NCBI GenBank assembly: GCA_028534125.1
Contig: CM052816.1
Span: 46,812,001-46,876,000 of the forward strand
Direction of reading: 5' to 3'
DNA from: Lama glama
Lineage: Eukaryota
Length of the DNA stretch: 64,000 nucleotides
The position numbers and the translations under genes were made by a program. Position 1 is the first letter of the stretch. Every line of letters starts with the position of its first letter. The notes beneath the pieces were generated by a model. The model was not told where the DNA came from and ran no database searches. It saw nothing but the letters and a program-made list of their open reading frames with translations. Shown here one piece after another: positions 63,820 through 64,000 of this stretch.

Positions 63820-64000
63820 TCCTGCGCGCCCAGGGCACTTTGAGGGAGGTGTCGGCCGCTGACAGGTTACCGGCCAGAGTGTTGGCCCTTGGTGCAGGGC
63901 AAGCCGCCTGCGGGAGAGTAGGGGTCTGAGCGGGTTGCGGGGCTTATTCAAATACCGCCCGCTGCCGCTGTGATTCGCAGGGACTCGGCCTCCATATGGT
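63820..64000. promoter_or_regulatory. Start of a further CpG island (runs off the window), preceded by a long pyrimidine tract
   Basis: CpG-dense final 180 bp; C/T-rich 63530-63760. Confidence 0.55.

Noticed and set aside
47000..64000. miR-9-2 hairpin
   Set aside because: I did not find the mature sequence TCTTTGGTTATCTAGCTGTATGA or its complement; it is expected further downstream.
25394..64000. Antisense lncRNA overlapping the MEF2C 3' end, as annotated in human
   Set aside because: I cannot delimit exons from sequence alone in this species.

Overview
Mammalian (eutherian) genomic DNA. A short tRNA-Ala-derived SINE at 35554, a cetartiodactyl-type L1 3' end, and the absence of any Alu, BovB, Bov-tA or PRE1 elements that I could see suggest a camelid; this is inference. 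Positions 1-29.8 kb hold the 3' half of MEF2C on the + strand: six coding exons (68-115, 16159-16331, the 24-nt beta microexon 17854-17877, 18758-18887, 19500-19635, 25072-25393) with the internal gamma-domain alternative acceptor at 25168. All junctions are GT-AG and frame-consistent, and a ~4.4-kb 3'UTR follows. Positions 30-47 kb are intergenic and rich in old repeats (L2, MIR, L1M, MLT1). Positions 47-64 kb are a cluster of CpG islands that, by known synteny, is the 5' regulatory region of the miR-9-2 host lncRNA (LINC00461/MIR9-2HG), with a candidate first exon ending at a consensus donor at 57853. I did not find the miR-9 hairpin in the window. No new protein-coding system is supported. 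The most interesting candidates are regulatory: a miR-9 8mer and a perfect MEF2 site in the MEF2C 3'UTR, a Pol III A-box/B-box pair straddling the lncRNA first donor, non-B-DNA tracts around that promoter, a rare (GATC)7 repeat, oriented CTCF sites, and several palindromic motif modules. Repeat boundaries and motif calls were made by eye and are approximate.
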